A DNA stretch of 28,078 nucleotides from Bacteroidota bacterium (GTDB lineage Bacteria > Bacteroidota > Bacteroidia > J057 > JADKCL01), in NCBI GenBank assembly GCA_043718485.1, contig JAYSVQ010000023.1:1-28078 (forward strand). The letters run 5' to 3'. Positions 26,994 to 28,078 of this stretch are shown here, piece by piece; the stretch's first letter is position 1, and each line of letters starts with the position of its first letter. Both the position numbers and the translations under genes were made by a program. The notes below the pieces were generated by a model. The model saw nothing but the letters and a program-made list of their open reading frames with translations, had not been told where the DNA came from and searched no databases.

Positions 26994-28078
26994 TCACTTA
27001 CCCGTATAATTACCAGGTTCGATTCTGAGCAATTCTTTTTTTACAGAATCTGAAACCGACAAACTTTCAATAAAAGTTCGAATGGTTTCGCGGGTAATCG
27101 TGGCGTTTCCTCTTGTAAGCGCCTTTAGCGCCTCATATGGTTCAGGAAAATTCTCCCGACGAAGAATGGTTTGAATGCCCTCTGCTACTACCGCCCAATT
27201 GGCTTCCAAATCAGCGGCGATTTTGGCTTCATTCACATCTACCTTTCCCAAACCTTTTTGCAGGGATTGAATCGCGAGCCAGGTATGCGCAAAAGCTACT
27301 CCCGTATTTCTAAGTTTGGTGCTATCGGTAAGGTCTCTTTGCAAGCGAGATTTAGGCAAGCTTTCAGAAAGAAAATTAAATATCGCATTGGCAAAACCAA
27401 AATTGCCTTCCGCATTTTCAAAATCAATAGGATTGACTTTGTGTGGCATGGCCGAAGAGCCAACCTCATTTTTCAATGCTTGTTGTTTCAGGTAATCAAA
27501 GCTGATGTAGAGCCAACAATCCACGCATAAGTCTGTAAGCAAAACATTGATTCGCCGCAGGTTATCGAAAATTGCCGCAAGACCATCGTAGTGCTCAATT
27601 TGGGTGGTTGGAAAACTGCGACTTAAGCCCAGGGTTTCTTCCACAAATTTTTTGGCAAATCCCTGCCAATCTTTGTCTGGATAGGCAACGTAATGGGCAT
27701 TTAAATTTCCGGTTGCGCCTCCAAATTTGGCAGGGAAAGACTGATTTTTTAAGTTGTCTAATTCCTTGCGCAAGCGCTCAACGAAAACGGCAAATTCCTT
27801 GCCTAATCGAGTGGGTGTTGCCGGTTGGCCATGCGTGCGACCTAATACGGCAATGTCTTTCCATCGATCAGCCTTTGATTTAAGGTCAGTGAGCAAAGAT
27901 TCCAAACCCGGAATCAAAACCTGTTTTATTCCATCGCGCAACATTAAGGGTGTTGCCGTATTATTAATGTCTTGTGAGGTGAGTCCGAAGTGAATGAATT
28001 CCTTGTATTTGTCAAGCGAGGAATTCAATGCACTGAATTTTTCTTTCAGAAAATACTCGATGGCTTTCACATCGTGGT
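26994..28078 (-). CDS. purB: Adenylosuccinate lyase, 5' part outside the window
   Basis: HDVKAIEYFLKE, HFGLTSQDIN, RTHGQPATPT, signature SSAMPHKVNPIDFENAEGN; frame open to the window edge. Confidence 0.97.
   Translation of the reverse strand, partial: HDVKAIEYFLKEKFSALNSSLDKYKEFIHFGLTSQDINNTATPLMLRDGIKQVLIPGLESLLTDLKSKADRWKDIAVLGRTHGQPATPTRLGKEFAVFVERLRKELDNLKNQSFPAKFGGATGNLNAHYVAYPDKDWQGFAKKFVEETLGLSRSFPTTQIEHYDGLAAIFDNLRRINVLLTDLCVDCWLYISFDYLKQQALKNEVGSSAMPHKVNPIDFENAEGNFGFANAIFNFLSESLPKSRLQRDLTDSTKLRNTGVAFAHTWLAIQSLQKGLGKVDVNEAKIAADLEANWAVVAEGIQTILRRENFPEPYEALKALTRGNATITRETIRTFIESLSVSDSVKKELLRIEPGNYTGK

Noticed and set aside
1878-27993. Many 60-136 aa ORFs overlapping long genes (e.g. 3038..3358, 6905..7315, 9239..9553, 13482..13859, 16798..17208, 27171..27530)
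   Set aside because: Shadow frames of well-supported genes with no independent motifs.
1-28078. tRNA, rRNA, CRISPR array, integrase or intact transposase
   Set aside because: None recognised by eye; a tRNAscan/Rfam run would be needed to exclude small RNAs.

Overview
AT-rich chromosomal window from a Bacteroidota bacterium (TAnnTTTG promoters, T9SS type-B cargo, Bacteroidota-type ccm genes). Positions 196-21850 are mostly core genes: an AsnB-family amidotransferase divergent from two GT4 glycosyltransferases, DAHP synthase/chorismate mutase, TPR and EamA proteins, a large PKD adhesin, a ccmBCDEF cytochrome c maturation operon of the System I* (CxxxY CcmE) type with unusual insertions in CcmC and CcmF, a DUF2520 protein and ggt. 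Between ggt and purB lies a ~5.1 kb accessory islet with no integrase. It holds a split-HipA (HipBST-type) toxin-antitoxin operon with three operators exactly 40 bp apart, an IS66 right-end relic, a degenerate second copy of the last 108 bp of ggt (2080 bp from the first copy), and a metallophosphoesterase / wHTH / AbiEii-like nucleotidyltransferase trio. This islet is the most interesting part. All family calls come from motif recognition, not database searches.
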